19,094 nucleotides of DNA from an uncultured delta proteobacterium. GTDB taxonomy: Bacteria; Desulfobacterota; Binatia; Bin18. The stretch spans positions 1 through 19,094 of the forward strand of contig CAVTCR010000038.1 of assembly GCA_963733195.1 (NCBI GenBank). The letters are read 5' to 3'. Both the position numbers and the translations under genes were made by a program. This document shows positions 1-11,226 of this stretch, piece by piece. Within the stretch, counting starts at the first letter, position 1. Each line of letters begins with the position of its first letter. The notes under the pieces were generated by a model. The model did no database searches. It saw nothing but the letters and a program-made list of their open reading frames with translations, and had not been told where the DNA came from.

Positions 1-92
1 CTACGGTTGTGGTCATAATCTTGGTGAACAAATCAGGACCTGGGTAGCGAAACGGGATTGATGATAGCCTCAGAGGCTGAAAGAGTGAGACT

Positions 93-1349
93 GTGTTACG
101 AGTGTCTTTCTTTGCATATTCTTGTTGGTCGCTCCGACGGGAGTTTTCCATACTTGCCTGTCTGCTCCTTGGGGTCATCGCGCTGGTGACCACGGCATGC
201 GAGAGCAATTATCCGGCCGCCGCCAAACAACCTCAAGCAAATGACGAAGAACTCTCCCGGCGGGTGAAGACCATCACGGTCAGGGAAATGCCCTTGGAGC
301 GCACTATCTCTGTACTTGGCTCGCTCGCTGCGTATGATCAAGTGGCCTTGAGCACGAAAGTACCGGGGCGCGTGTTCCGGATTCCGGTTGACTTCGGTAG
401 TGGAGTGGAACAAGGGCAGATACTCGCGGAAATAGAGCCGCGCGACTATCAACTACAGGAGCAACAGGCGGAAGCGGCCTTAGCGCAGGCACGTGTCCGC
501 TTAGGTCTTTCACCGACAGGGAAGGATACACATGTTGATCCGGAACAGACTGGCACGGTGAAGCAAGCGCGTGCATTGCTAGACGAGGCTGATCAAAAGC
601 GAGACCGTTTCGCTGCACTTGTGGACAAGGGTTTTATTGCCAAAGCTGAATTCGACGCGGCTGACGCGGCATATAAGGTGGCACTCAGCCAGTATCAGGA
701 CGCTGTCGAAGAGATTCGCAATCGTCAAGCCGTGTTGATGCAACGTCGCTCGGAGCTGGAAATTGCACGCCAGCGTCTGGCGGACACGGTCATTCACGCG
801 CCGTTTGACGGGGTTATCCAGATCAAGGCTGCGAGTGTCGGAGAGTATCTGGCGGTAAGCGCACCTGTTGTTACTCTGGTACGGATGGATCCTCTCCGTT
901 TACGCGCTGAAGTGCCCGAACGTGCGGCATCACAGAGTGCAAGCCGGGCAGAAAGTACGGGTGACGGTGGAAGGGAATCCGAACGTGTATGAAGGACAGG
1001 TCATGCGCGTCGGGCCGACGATCAATGAGCAGAACCGTATGCTCACCGTCGAGGCCGATGTGCCGTAATCGCGATTATACTCTTCGCCCCGGATCCTTTG
1101 CGCAAGGTCGATATCGTGACGGACGAGGCGGACATGGCGATCACCGTGCCGACCAGCGCGGTTGTCACTTTTGCTGGTCTTGAAAAAGTGTTGATGGTGA
1201 ACGATGGCAAAGCGGTAGAAACGCCTATTTCTACAGGACATCGGACGAATGAGTGGACTGAGGTCACCGAAGGGGTGCACAGCGGAGATGTGGTCATCGT
1301 TGAGCCAGGCAATCTTCGGTCGGGGCAACCTGTCAGCGTCGTCCAGTAA
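93..1349 (+). CDS. RND efflux periplasmic adaptor (membrane fusion protein), split by about 3 frameshifts (~930, ~1067, ~1098)
   Basis: ORF pieces 93-992, 868-1068 and 1098-1349 join into one MFP. They show a lipoprotein-like N-terminus (VTTAC), KVPGRV..VDFGS.VEQGQILAEI, a coiled hairpin, IHAPFDGVI, VPTSAVV and EGVHSGDVVIV. The start codon is uncertain. Confidence 0.9.
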
Positions 1350-1358
1350 GAAGTTGAC

Positions 1359-4592
<3,234 letters not shown>

Positions 4593-4656
4593 GGAATCAG
4601 CTCCGCACGTAATGTACAAGAACACAGAGCTGCTACATATTATTTCGTGCGCTGTG

Positions 4657-5170
4657 TCTTGCCTATAAGCGCCGCCCCGCCAGCCAGCGACACGGTCAGG
4701 GCCGCGCTCTGGGCCGAGAGACCACGGTCGGTGAGTAAGGGCACTAGGTGAATGATATACCCATGGAAACTCACTGAGATAAGGAAAAACGCACTGACCA
4801 TGAGCCAGAAGGTGCCCGTGTGCCAGGTCTCATAGAAGCTTAGCCCTTCCTCCTGGCCGCGCTGCTTTAGACACCTCAGCTTGCCCAACGGTATCGCCGT
4901 CAGGCTCCTGTCCTATCAGCTGTGGCGTCTCCTTGAGCAGGAGCCCGACCACCGGGATGGCGACTCCCATAGCCATGAGGCCCAGGAGCACGTAGGCGTG
5001 ACGCCAGCCCACTGCGGCAATGAGGGCTTGCGCCACAGGAGGGCATGAGAGATCCCGCCTACGGTGATAACGGCTACAGCCAGTCCCAAGGCTAAGCCGC
5101 GTCTGCGATCAAACCAGCGAGAGAGCACTTTTGCATAGGGCACTGGCGTCGTCCCGCTACCCACTACTAC
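4657..5170 (-). pseudogene. Internal fragment of an MFS transporter, paralog of the gene at 15466-16728; both ends missing and frameshifted
   Basis: The translated pieces GSGTTPVPYAKVLSRWFDRRRGLALGL, AQALIAAVGWRHAYVLL and TGTFWLMVSAFFLISVSFHGYIIHLVPLLTDRGLSAQ align with the intact MFS at about 15877-16385. Confidence 0.9.
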
Positions 5171-5777
5171 TCAGACAGGAACGAAAGATGGTCACAACCT
5201 GGCCGTGCTTGACTGATCTGCGCAACGCATCCTTGCTCGTCGGCCATGTGTGGATGAGCCCATGATCGAACCAGCGTTGCAGACATGAGCGTGAGACGCC
5301 AAGTTCACGTGCGAGCAGTTTGTCGAGCCGAACCTCACACGGGTAAGGAAGTTCCAGGAGGATGGTTTGCTTGCCATCACTTGTAGCTGGCCCAGTCTGG
5401 GGGATGTGCTCGACTTGCACTGCTACGGTTGGCTCGACACGAACGCCAAGACGTTGCAGGAGGGCAAGATCGAAGGCATACCTCCAGGCCGTTTCGCGGT
5501 GGTTGTCTTGAAATTGTCGGTATAAGACCGTGCCAATCTCTTCTGGTGTGGACCGCGTGAAGATCGTACAGTTCCAGGTGCAGTCACAGTCTACGCAGCG
5601 ATAGATGAGCCAGACATCGATTCTCCGTTGATTAGCGTTCACGCGAAACGTGTCACTACAAGCGAATGGTCGCATTGTGCCACAATGTGAACAATGGCGG
5701 AGTACTCGCGGTGTTATTACTGGTAGAATCCGCCAACGAATTTCTCCATTGCTGACATGCTGTGTGGTGGTATTCAC
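5157..5777 (-). CDS. DUF1062-like protein with two CxxC pairs and a C-terminal S4-like RNA-binding segment
   Basis: Motifs are RHCSHCG...FRVNANQRRIDVWLIYRCVDCDCTWN and a C-terminal RLDKLLARELGVSRSCLQRWFDHGLI (S4-like). The likely start is GTG at 5777, 5 nt after AGGAAGG; the ORF track starts at 5783. Confidence 0.85.
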   Translation of the reverse strand: MNTTTQHVSNGEIRWRILPVITPRVLRHCSHCGTMRPFACSDTFRVNANQRRIDVWLIYRCVDCDCTWNCTIFTRSTPEEIGTVLYRQFQDNHRETAWRYAFDLALLQRLGVRVEPTVAVQVEHIPQTGPATSDGKQTILLELPYPCEVRLDKLLARELGVSRSCLQRWFDHGLIHTWPTSKDALRRSVKHGQVVTIFRSCLSSSG

Positions 5778-5780
5778 AGC

Positions 5781-5801
5781 CACCTTCCTTTCAGGGAGGT
5801 G
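5781..5801 (-). promoter_or_regulatory. Hairpin sequestering the Shine-Dalgarno sequence of the DUF1062 gene
   Basis: On the minus strand, CACCUCCCU-GAA-AGGAAGGUG pairs at 8 of 9 positions. The 3' arm contains the SD. Confidence 0.6.
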
Positions 5802-5849
5802 CTGCGCAACAGCATGAAAAGCCGAGAGACGGCTAACGCGAAACTTAGA

Positions 5850-5915
5850 TCAGGCGGCTGAGCGGAGTCTCAGAAAGTGTACAGCTGGCCCGAGGGCGGA
5901 AGGATGGTTGTGCAT
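5850..5915 (-). CDS. Putative leader peptide (uORF) MHNHPSALGPAVHFLRLRSAA
   Basis: The 21-aa ORF lies within the leader, with further in-frame AUGs at 5927, 5930 and 5939. UAAGGAG sits directly against the 5915 AUG, which is atypical spacing. Confidence 0.35.
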   Translation of the reverse strand: MHNHPSALGPAVHFLRLRSAA

Positions 5916-5971
5916 CTCCTTAGGCATCATCGGGGCCATTGCCGGTCCGAATGAGACGCGGAAAATGATAC

Positions 5972-6110
5972 CGCCAGATCTCAGTCGGCCGCTGCGCAGG
6001 CTCCGGTTCGCCTCGTGGGTACGAGGACTATGGGAGAATGTCGGACGCACCGATGCGTTGACGTGCACGGCTGTCCGCGTGAAGATGCAGGGCGCTGAGA
6101 TCTGTTAGCG
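5972..6110 (-). ncRNA. Putative structured cis-regulatory RNA domain in the DUF1062 5' leader
   Basis: A perfect 10-bp inverted repeat (cagatctcag 5975-5984 / ctgagatctg 6095-6104) extends to ~20 bp with bulges. It encloses the hairpins cctcgt-gggt-acgagg (6011-6026) and acgca-ccga-tgcgt (6045-6058), plus a cggac/gtccg pairing. Confidence 0.5.
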
Positions 6111-6170
6111 TCGAGGTAACATAAAGAGGTGTGTTGTACGGTCGAGACTCAATGGCGTTAGAATGCCACG

Positions 6171-6200
6171 ATCGTACGAAACTATTTACTCCGTAGTCAA
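6171..6200 (-). promoter_or_regulatory. Sigma70-like promoter for the DUF1062 leader
   Basis: Minus strand TTGACT (6200-6195) - 18 nt - TACGAT (6176-6171). The predicted TSS is ~6164. Confidence 0.55.
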
Positions 6201-6270
6201 GAGAGTCCCGAAGAGACAGGACAGCTGCCACTCCTTTTCCTTTTGAGTCTCTTATGATTGTTGTAATCCT

Positions 6271-6726
6271 ATGATCACGATCGATCCACAAGTATTAGGA
6301 AAAGAGGTGCCAGTCGGTGACTTCCTGGCGACAGAGGAAAATATCCGAGCATTTGCTGAAGCGACTGGCGATAACGATTCCCTTTCCATCGATCCCGACG
6401 CGGCTCGGCGGGCGGGCTATCCCAGCTGCATTGCCCCGCCACTCTTTGGGATGAAGATTCGTGGCGCCCTGGCGCTCCCTGAAGCGGAACTTGCACCGGG
6501 ATTAGTCAGCCTGAATGCCGGACTAGAGTTCGAGTTTTATGACGAACTCTATGCAGGTCAGACTTACGCCGTCTCGGTAAAGATTACCGACGTATACGAG
6601 AAAACTGGGAGGAGCGGGCCGCTGGGTGTCTTCGTGCGGGAAATGTTGATTCGGGATGAGACAGGACAACTTATCGTGCTGATGCGTGAACGGCGCATGG
6701 TGCGGTCGCCGGAGAGAAAGATTTGA
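6271..6726 (+). CDS. MaoC-like hotdog-fold protein (FAS1/HadA-like subunit)
   Basis: Motifs are IRAFAEATGD..L..D...AR.AGY...IAPP, LNAGLEFEFY and VYEKTGRSGPL. Confidence 0.85.
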   Translation: MITIDPQVLGKEVPVGDFLATEENIRAFAEATGDNDSLSIDPDAARRAGYPSCIAPPLFGMKIRGALALPEAELAPGLVSLNAGLEFEFYDELYAGQTYAVSVKITDVYEKTGRSGPLGVFVREMLIRDETGQLIVLMRERRMVRSPERKI

Positions 6727-6728
6727 GG

Positions 6729-6827
6729 CGTAAAACGTGAAGCGTGTTGCGTGAAGGAGATATAGGAGAGTCACGGCTTTTGCTTGACGCATCTCGTACC
6801 ACGCATCACGTAACACGTACCATGTAG
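6729..6827. repeat. Inverted array of degenerate 7-bp repeats (CGTGNNN x4 ... CACGNNN x6)
   Basis: cgtaaaa cgtgaag cgtgttg cgtgaag (6729-6756) and gacgcat ctcgtac cacgcat cacgtaa cacgtac catgtag (6786-6827). Confidence 0.7.
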
Positions 6828-6856
6828 TAAGTGATACATGACCTAAGAAAAAACAT

Positions 6857-7297
6857 ATGAATAAGAGATCTCCCAAGCCCTTTGCGGATATAGACATCGG
6901 CGACGAAATCGGACCGCTGACATATACTCCAACGCTCGCGGACATTCAGCGCTACGGGACAGAGGTGCGGATGGTCGATCAACGCTTCATGAGTCAGGAA
7001 GTCGCACAGCAGCGAGGTTTTCAACACGCGGTCGTGCCGGGGCCGTTAAGTGCGACGTTCCTGGTGCGGATGCTGACAACGCATTTCTTCGGCTGGCGGC
7101 TCCAGACTCTCGCCATCAGTTTTCGTGCACCCGTACGACACGGTGACACGCTCACCTGCATCGGAACTGTCACCCAAAAAGAAGAGCAGGCTGGAACTTT
7201 TCTCATTCATTGCGACCTCGTTGCCGAGAATACCAATGGAGATCGCTGCCTGGTAGGGACGGCAGTGCTCTGCCCACGTCGTGCCCCGATTGCATAA
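6857..7297 (+). CDS. MaoC-family hotdog-fold protein (HadB-like subunit)
   Basis: Motifs are FADIDIGDEIGPL, AQQRGF..AVVPGPL and ISFRAPVRHGDTLTCIGTV. Confidence 0.85.
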   Translation: MNKRSPKPFADIDIGDEIGPLTYTPTLADIQRYGTEVRMVDQRFMSQEVAQQRGFQHAVVPGPLSATFLVRMLTTHFFGWRLQTLAISFRAPVRHGDTLTCIGTVTQKEEQAGTFLIHCDLVAENTNGDRCLVGTAVLCPRRAPIA

Positions 7298-7350
7298 TTG
7301 CACCATGCAGAGATAGTGAGTTAATAGCCGACCACAAGTAGGAGGATGTT

Positions 7351-7824
7351 ATGCCAGAACTGAGCGTGTATCAGGCCCGTCGGGAAGAGTTGAAGCGACG
7401 TTATCTCTCTGCTGAAGCGGAAGTGCCTCAATCGGTCAACACCGGAGGTGTCGATCATCTTGCGCTGATTTGTTCAGACCTCGATACGACTATCCGATTC
7501 TACACAGAAGTCCTTGGCATGCGCCTCACCAAGATTATGGCGAATCGTGATGAGCCTACTTCCACGCATATCTTTCTCGATATGGGTGGCGGAAATCAAT
7601 TGGCGTTCTTCGATTTCCCGGAGAAGGGGCCGGCGCGCACGGTCCGTGGTGTCGGTAGTATGCATCATGTTGCGCTCAAGGCTACGCCAGAAAAATTCTC
7701 TGCAATCCTGGCGACCCTCAAAGACAAACACGTTCCGTATTCTCTGCATGGTACAGAAAACGCGGGATCGGTGTACGTACGCGACCCGGATGACATTTTG
7801 GTTGAGGTCACAACCGGGTATTAG
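7351..7824 (+). CDS. VOC/glyoxalase family protein
   Basis: Motifs are GVDHLAL...FYTEVLGM, MHHVAL and YVRDPDDILVE. There is a strong SD (AGGAGG). Confidence 0.9.
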   Translation: MPELSVYQARREELKRRYLSAEAEVPQSVNTGGVDHLALICSDLDTTIRFYTEVLGMRLTKIMANRDEPTSTHIFLDMGGGNQLAFFDFPEKGPARTVRGVGSMHHVALKATPEKFSAILATLKDKHVPYSLHGTENAGSVYVRDPDDILVEVTTGY

Positions 7825-7855
7825 CAGGAAGGGCAGCTATTCCTCCGTTAATTGC

Positions 7856-7883
7856 TTCATTCTTAATTTTTCATTCTTCATTC
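7856..7883. repeat. Heptamer tandem repeat (TTCATTC)-like x4 between convergent genes
   Basis: ttcattc ttaattt ttcattc ttcattc. Confidence 0.65.
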
Positions 7884-7887
7884 TCAG

Positions 7888-9102
7888 TTAGAGCCCCAGC
7901 GCCTTGGCAATATTGACCCGCTGAATCTCATCCGTGCCGCCAGGAATGCGCAGGTTGCGGGCGATGCGGAAGATCTTTTCAATCCCAGACTCTTTCATCA
8001 ACCCGTGCGCGCCGTGTAATTGCACGGCGCGATCGGCGATGCGATAGAATGCTTCGTCGCAGAATACTTTGAGGGCACAGACGACTTGCACAAGTCGTGG
8101 GTCAACTTTGAGTGTCCATAAATTTCCCTGGTCCGCCTGCCACAAACACTGTAAAGACATGCTTTTCATTGCCTGCACGTCAAGGTAGGAATCAACAATC
8201 ATCCACTGCAACGCTTGAAAGCGGCTGAGTGGGCCGCCGAACGCCTGACGATTCTTAATGTATGATACACAGCGATCAAGCAGATATTGTCCAAGCCCAG
8301 TGCACATACCGCCGCGCCGCACGCGAATCCAGTTAATCATGCCCATGCTGAGATAGAAGCCTTCACCCTCTTTGCCCCAGGTGCTGTCGAGAGGTGTACG
8401 ACAGTTGTCGAAGACTAGCTCGCCGGTCATGCCATCGTCCATGATCGTGCGATAGGTGCGACCGATACGTAACCCAGGCGCATCTTGTTCGACCACGAAT
8501 GTTGTCCCGCCTTCGCCGCGCTTGCTGGGGTCAGTCATCGCGCAGACGATAATCAACTCTGCGTATGGAGCGTTGGTAATATAGGCTTTTGTACCGTTAA
8601 TGATCCACTCATCTCCTTGCCGGTGGGCACGTGTCTCCATACCCAAGACATCTGAACCGCCACGATATTCGGTGATGGCGTAGGCCGCAGTTTTTTCTCC
8701 GCGGATCATCGGGATGAGATATTTTCGCTTTTGTTCATCGGTCAGAAACATCAACATCTGATTCGGCCCTTCGGTCCACGACAGCATCCATTGGGTGACG
8801 CCAATGCCATGCTGATAGACGGCCTCGTGGACAAAGAACATGTCGGTCAAACTGAACCCGCCACCGCCGACTTCTTTCGGCATGTGCAGGGCATAGAAGC
8901 CACGCTCGGCTGAGCGTTTGCGAATGCTGCGTTGGGCTTCTAACACTTCTGGTGCTAAGCGGCCGTCTTCACGCAAGTACAAATGCTCGTTTGTCAGATG
9001 CTCAGCGAGATCATGTTCGATCGGTTTCAGTTCGTCGTTGATGAAACGATGAATGTCACTGACGGTTTGTTGTACGTGCGTGGGAGGAGTGAAGTCGATC
9101 AT
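7888..9102 (-). CDS. Acyl-CoA dehydrogenase family flavoprotein (404 aa)
   Basis: The start MIDFTPP is typical. Other motifs are PKEVGGGG, AYAITEYRGGSD, WIINGTKAYITNA, RQAFGGPLSRFQALQW, AVQLHGAHG and RIPGGTDEIQR. The 55 extra upstream codons in the ORF track belong to the PIN remnant. Confidence 0.92.
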   Translation of the reverse strand: MIDFTPPTHVQQTVSDIHRFINDELKPIEHDLAEHLTNEHLYLREDGRLAPEVLEAQRSIRKRSAERGFYALHMPKEVGGGGFSLTDMFFVHEAVYQHGIGVTQWMLSWTEGPNQMLMFLTDEQKRKYLIPMIRGEKTAAYAITEYRGGSDVLGMETRAHRQGDEWIINGTKAYITNAPYAELIIVCAMTDPSKRGEGGTTFVVEQDAPGLRIGRTYRTIMDDGMTGELVFDNCRTPLDSTWGKEGEGFYLSMGMINWIRVRRGGMCTGLGQYLLDRCVSYIKNRQAFGGPLSRFQALQWMIVDSYLDVQAMKSMSLQCLWQADQGNLWTLKVDPRLVQVVCALKVFCDEAFYRIADRAVQLHGAHGLMKESGIEKIFRIARNLRIPGGTDEIQRVNIAKALGL

Positions 9103-9109
9103 GCGCCGT

Positions 9110-9394
9110 TCTTTACTGAAAGAGAGGTGTTGAAAGGATGTCGCCGGGGTATACACAGGAATTGTCGTTCGACGAGCAAAGGGATAAACATTCGGAAAAT
9201 TGTAAAGCCAGGAATGGAGATCCTTCGGTGTCAAATTAAAGGACGCGACCCCACACAGTTCCATCAATGTAAAAGTAGATATGCCCGCTTCTAGAGCGGA
9301 CAGAGATATTTAAAAATCTACGATTTACGGGGAAATGTGTATCGCGCGGAAAGAAACGGTCAATGACAAAGAGGTTACTATCGAGTAAGACCAT
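9110..9394 (-). pseudogene. PIN-domain (VapC-like) toxin remnant with a frameshift and an apparent internal deletion
   Basis: The ATG at 9394 overlaps the antitoxin 3' end and reads MVLLDSNLFVIDRFFPRDTHFPVNRRFL. After a shift near 9310 it continues SLSALEAGISTFTLMELCGVASFN...NVYP|FARRTTIPVYTP. The hhhDxN and TLxE motifs are present, but the later conserved Asp motifs are not seen. Confidence 0.7.
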
Positions 9395-9728
9395 ACCGGT
9401 CACCCTTGAGAGCCCGATCCATCTCTTGCCAACTGGAAAAGGATAACTTCTGCCTCGCTTTACGAGTTATCCGTTCAAAGTCCTCGCGTATTTGGACTGG
9501 AGTACGACGAGCAAGTTGAGGGTGTTTGCGCTCGATTTGCTTGCGCAGTGCGTCGTACATTGTTGTAGGATATTGCTCGATCTGCCGCAGATCTTGCTCT
9601 TCAAAGGGTTTAAGCGTTGCTATTGGTTTCCCCCGACGGGTGACAATAATGGCAGTGCCTTTTTCTACTTGGCGGAGCAGGGCGGTGGTCTGATTTTTTA
9701 GCTCACGAACACTAGCTGCTGGAGGCAT
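9378..9728 (-). CDS. Phd/YefM family type II antitoxin (116 aa)
   Basis: The N-terminus reads SVRELKNQTTALLRQVEKGTAIIVTRRGKPIATLKP. SD AAGGAG lies 7 nt before the ATG at 9728. Confidence 0.9.
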   Translation of the reverse strand: MPPAASVRELKNQTTALLRQVEKGTAIIVTRRGKPIATLKPFEEQDLRQIEQYPTTMYDALRKQIERKHPQLARRTPVQIREDFERITRKARQKLSFSSWQEMDRALKGDRYGLTR

Positions 9729-9748
9729 GTCTGTTCTCCTTATTTCTT

Positions 9749-9770
9749 TGTAGCTACGAAAGTAGCAACA
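9749..9770. promoter_or_regulatory. Putative autoregulatory operator of the toxin-antitoxin operon
   Basis: Imperfect palindrome TGT-A-GCTAC-GAAA-GTAGC-A-ACA, 21 nt upstream of the antitoxin start. Confidence 0.55.
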
Positions 9771-10083
9771 TTCCGTGTAGTCCTCAACTGCAACCACGTT
9801 CTGCAAGTTCATGCCACAGGTCTTGTGACTCCTTGTCGAGAAACGACAAAGCGCATAAAGAAGAAAAGAGATTAGAGGGAGAACCGCGTATGAAGTTCTC
9901 TGAAGTAGTGGCACAGACGCTGACCTGGCTTCAACGCGATGGTCGGGTGTCGTACCGAGCATTGAAGCGCGAGTTCGACCTTGATGACGAATTCATTGAA
10001 GACCTCAAAGCCGAACTCATCGAGGCCAAACGGCTCGCCGTTGACGAGAATGGCAAGGTGCTGGTTTGGACAGAGGCTGCACC

Positions 10084-10133
10084 AGTTCAAAGTTCCACCC
10101 TCTCCCCAGACGTCGGACTTCGGACGCCAGACA
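10084..10133 (+). repeat. Heptamer repeats in the linker before the cyclase domain
   Basis: agttcaa agttcca ... ccagacg tcggact tcggacg ccagaca. Confidence 0.65.
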
Positions 10134-10445
10134 CGAGACGGAGTGACGGCGAACGCCGTCAACTCACCGTGATGTTCTGTGACCTGGTAGGTTCAACAGC
10201 ACTCTCGGCCCAACTTGACCCGGAAGAATACCGCGAGGCCGTACGCAGCTATCAGCAGACAAGTGCTGAGATTATCGAACGCTATGGCGGGCATATTGCG
10301 CAGCATCTCGGCGATGGCTTGTTAGTGTATTTCGGCTATCCCTCTGCGCATGAAGACGACGCCGCGCGGGCGGTGCGAGCGGGGTTGGAAATAGTTACTG
10401 CCATACGAAAGACGGGTTCTTCTCCCTGGAAGGAGCCTGCTGGCG

Positions 10446-10551
10446 AAATCCTCCCTGTCCCTCCTTTGACAAAGGAGGGAACCAAAAGCCCCCTTTGGCC
10501 TGCCACCGGCCACAGGTGGTAAAGGGGGCCGCGCGCAGCGCGGGGGGATTT
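10446..10551. repeat. Composite palindromic element (CCCCTTT..AAAGGGG type) inside the cyclase domain
   Basis: Perfect hairpin TCCCTCCTTTG-A-CAAAGGAGGGA (10458-10480). A second stem, GCCCCCTTT/AAAGGGGGC (10488-10529), contains a nested CCACC/GGTGG. The outer arms are AAATCCTCCC/GGGGGGATTT. Confidence 0.85.
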
Positions 10552-11226
10552 GGCAGTATGGAAGTTGGGAAGGAATTACACGTCCGTCTTGGCATTCACA
10601 CTGGATTAGTGGTGATTGGCGAGATCGGCAGCAGCGAGAAGCGGGAGATGTTGGCGTTAGGCGAGACTCCGAACCTCGCTGCGCGCATCCAGGGGCAAGC
10701 TGCTCCCGATGAAGTCATGATCAGTGCGGCCACCTATCGCTTGGTCGAAGGGTTGTTTGCGTGTGAAGACCGCGGACAACCCGACCTGAAAGGCGTGGCC
10801 ACGCCACTGACGCTGTATCGTGTGGTGAAAGAGAGCGAGGCGCACAGTCGGTTTGAGGTAGTAGTGCGTAAAGGGCTCACGCCGCTCATTGGCCGCGAGC
10901 ATGAGTTTGGGTTGTTACAAGAACGCTGGGCGAGGGTGAAAGAGGGCGTAGGGCAGGTTGTGCTGCTTAGCGGAGAACCGGGGATTGGCAAATCACGATT
11001 AGTAGAGGCGCTTAAAGCAACGGTTGAGCCCGAGGGCGCACGCTTTCTAGAGTTACGCTGTTCGCCGTACACGCAGAACAGTGCGCTGGCGCCGGTGATC
11101 GAACATGTGCAGCGGGCATTGCAATTTCGCCCAGAGGATACAACGGAAGAGAAGCTGCAGAAGCTCGAACATGCCTTAGGGCGTCAGGAGAGACTGGACA
11201 AACTATCGGGCGGCGCAGCGGAACGA

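Noticed and set aside
6001-6036. Minus-strand CUCC-CAUAGU...GAACC-GGAG loosely resembles the flanks of the 23S sarcin-ricin loop (rRNA mimic idea)
   Set aside because: The AGUA/GAGA core is absent and the similarity is too short to support by eye.
6105-6122. Tiny minus-strand uORF MLPRR in the leader
   Set aside because: It has no SD, and ORFs of this size are expected by chance.
9103-9267. N-terminal extension of the 459-aa ORF as part of the dehydrogenase
   Set aside because: It is better explained as the PIN toxin remnant. The family-typical start is MIDF at 9102.
9729-9962. N-terminal extension of the 194-aa antitoxin ORF
   Set aside because: It overlaps the divergent gene and the operator. 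A strong SD supports the ATG at 9728.
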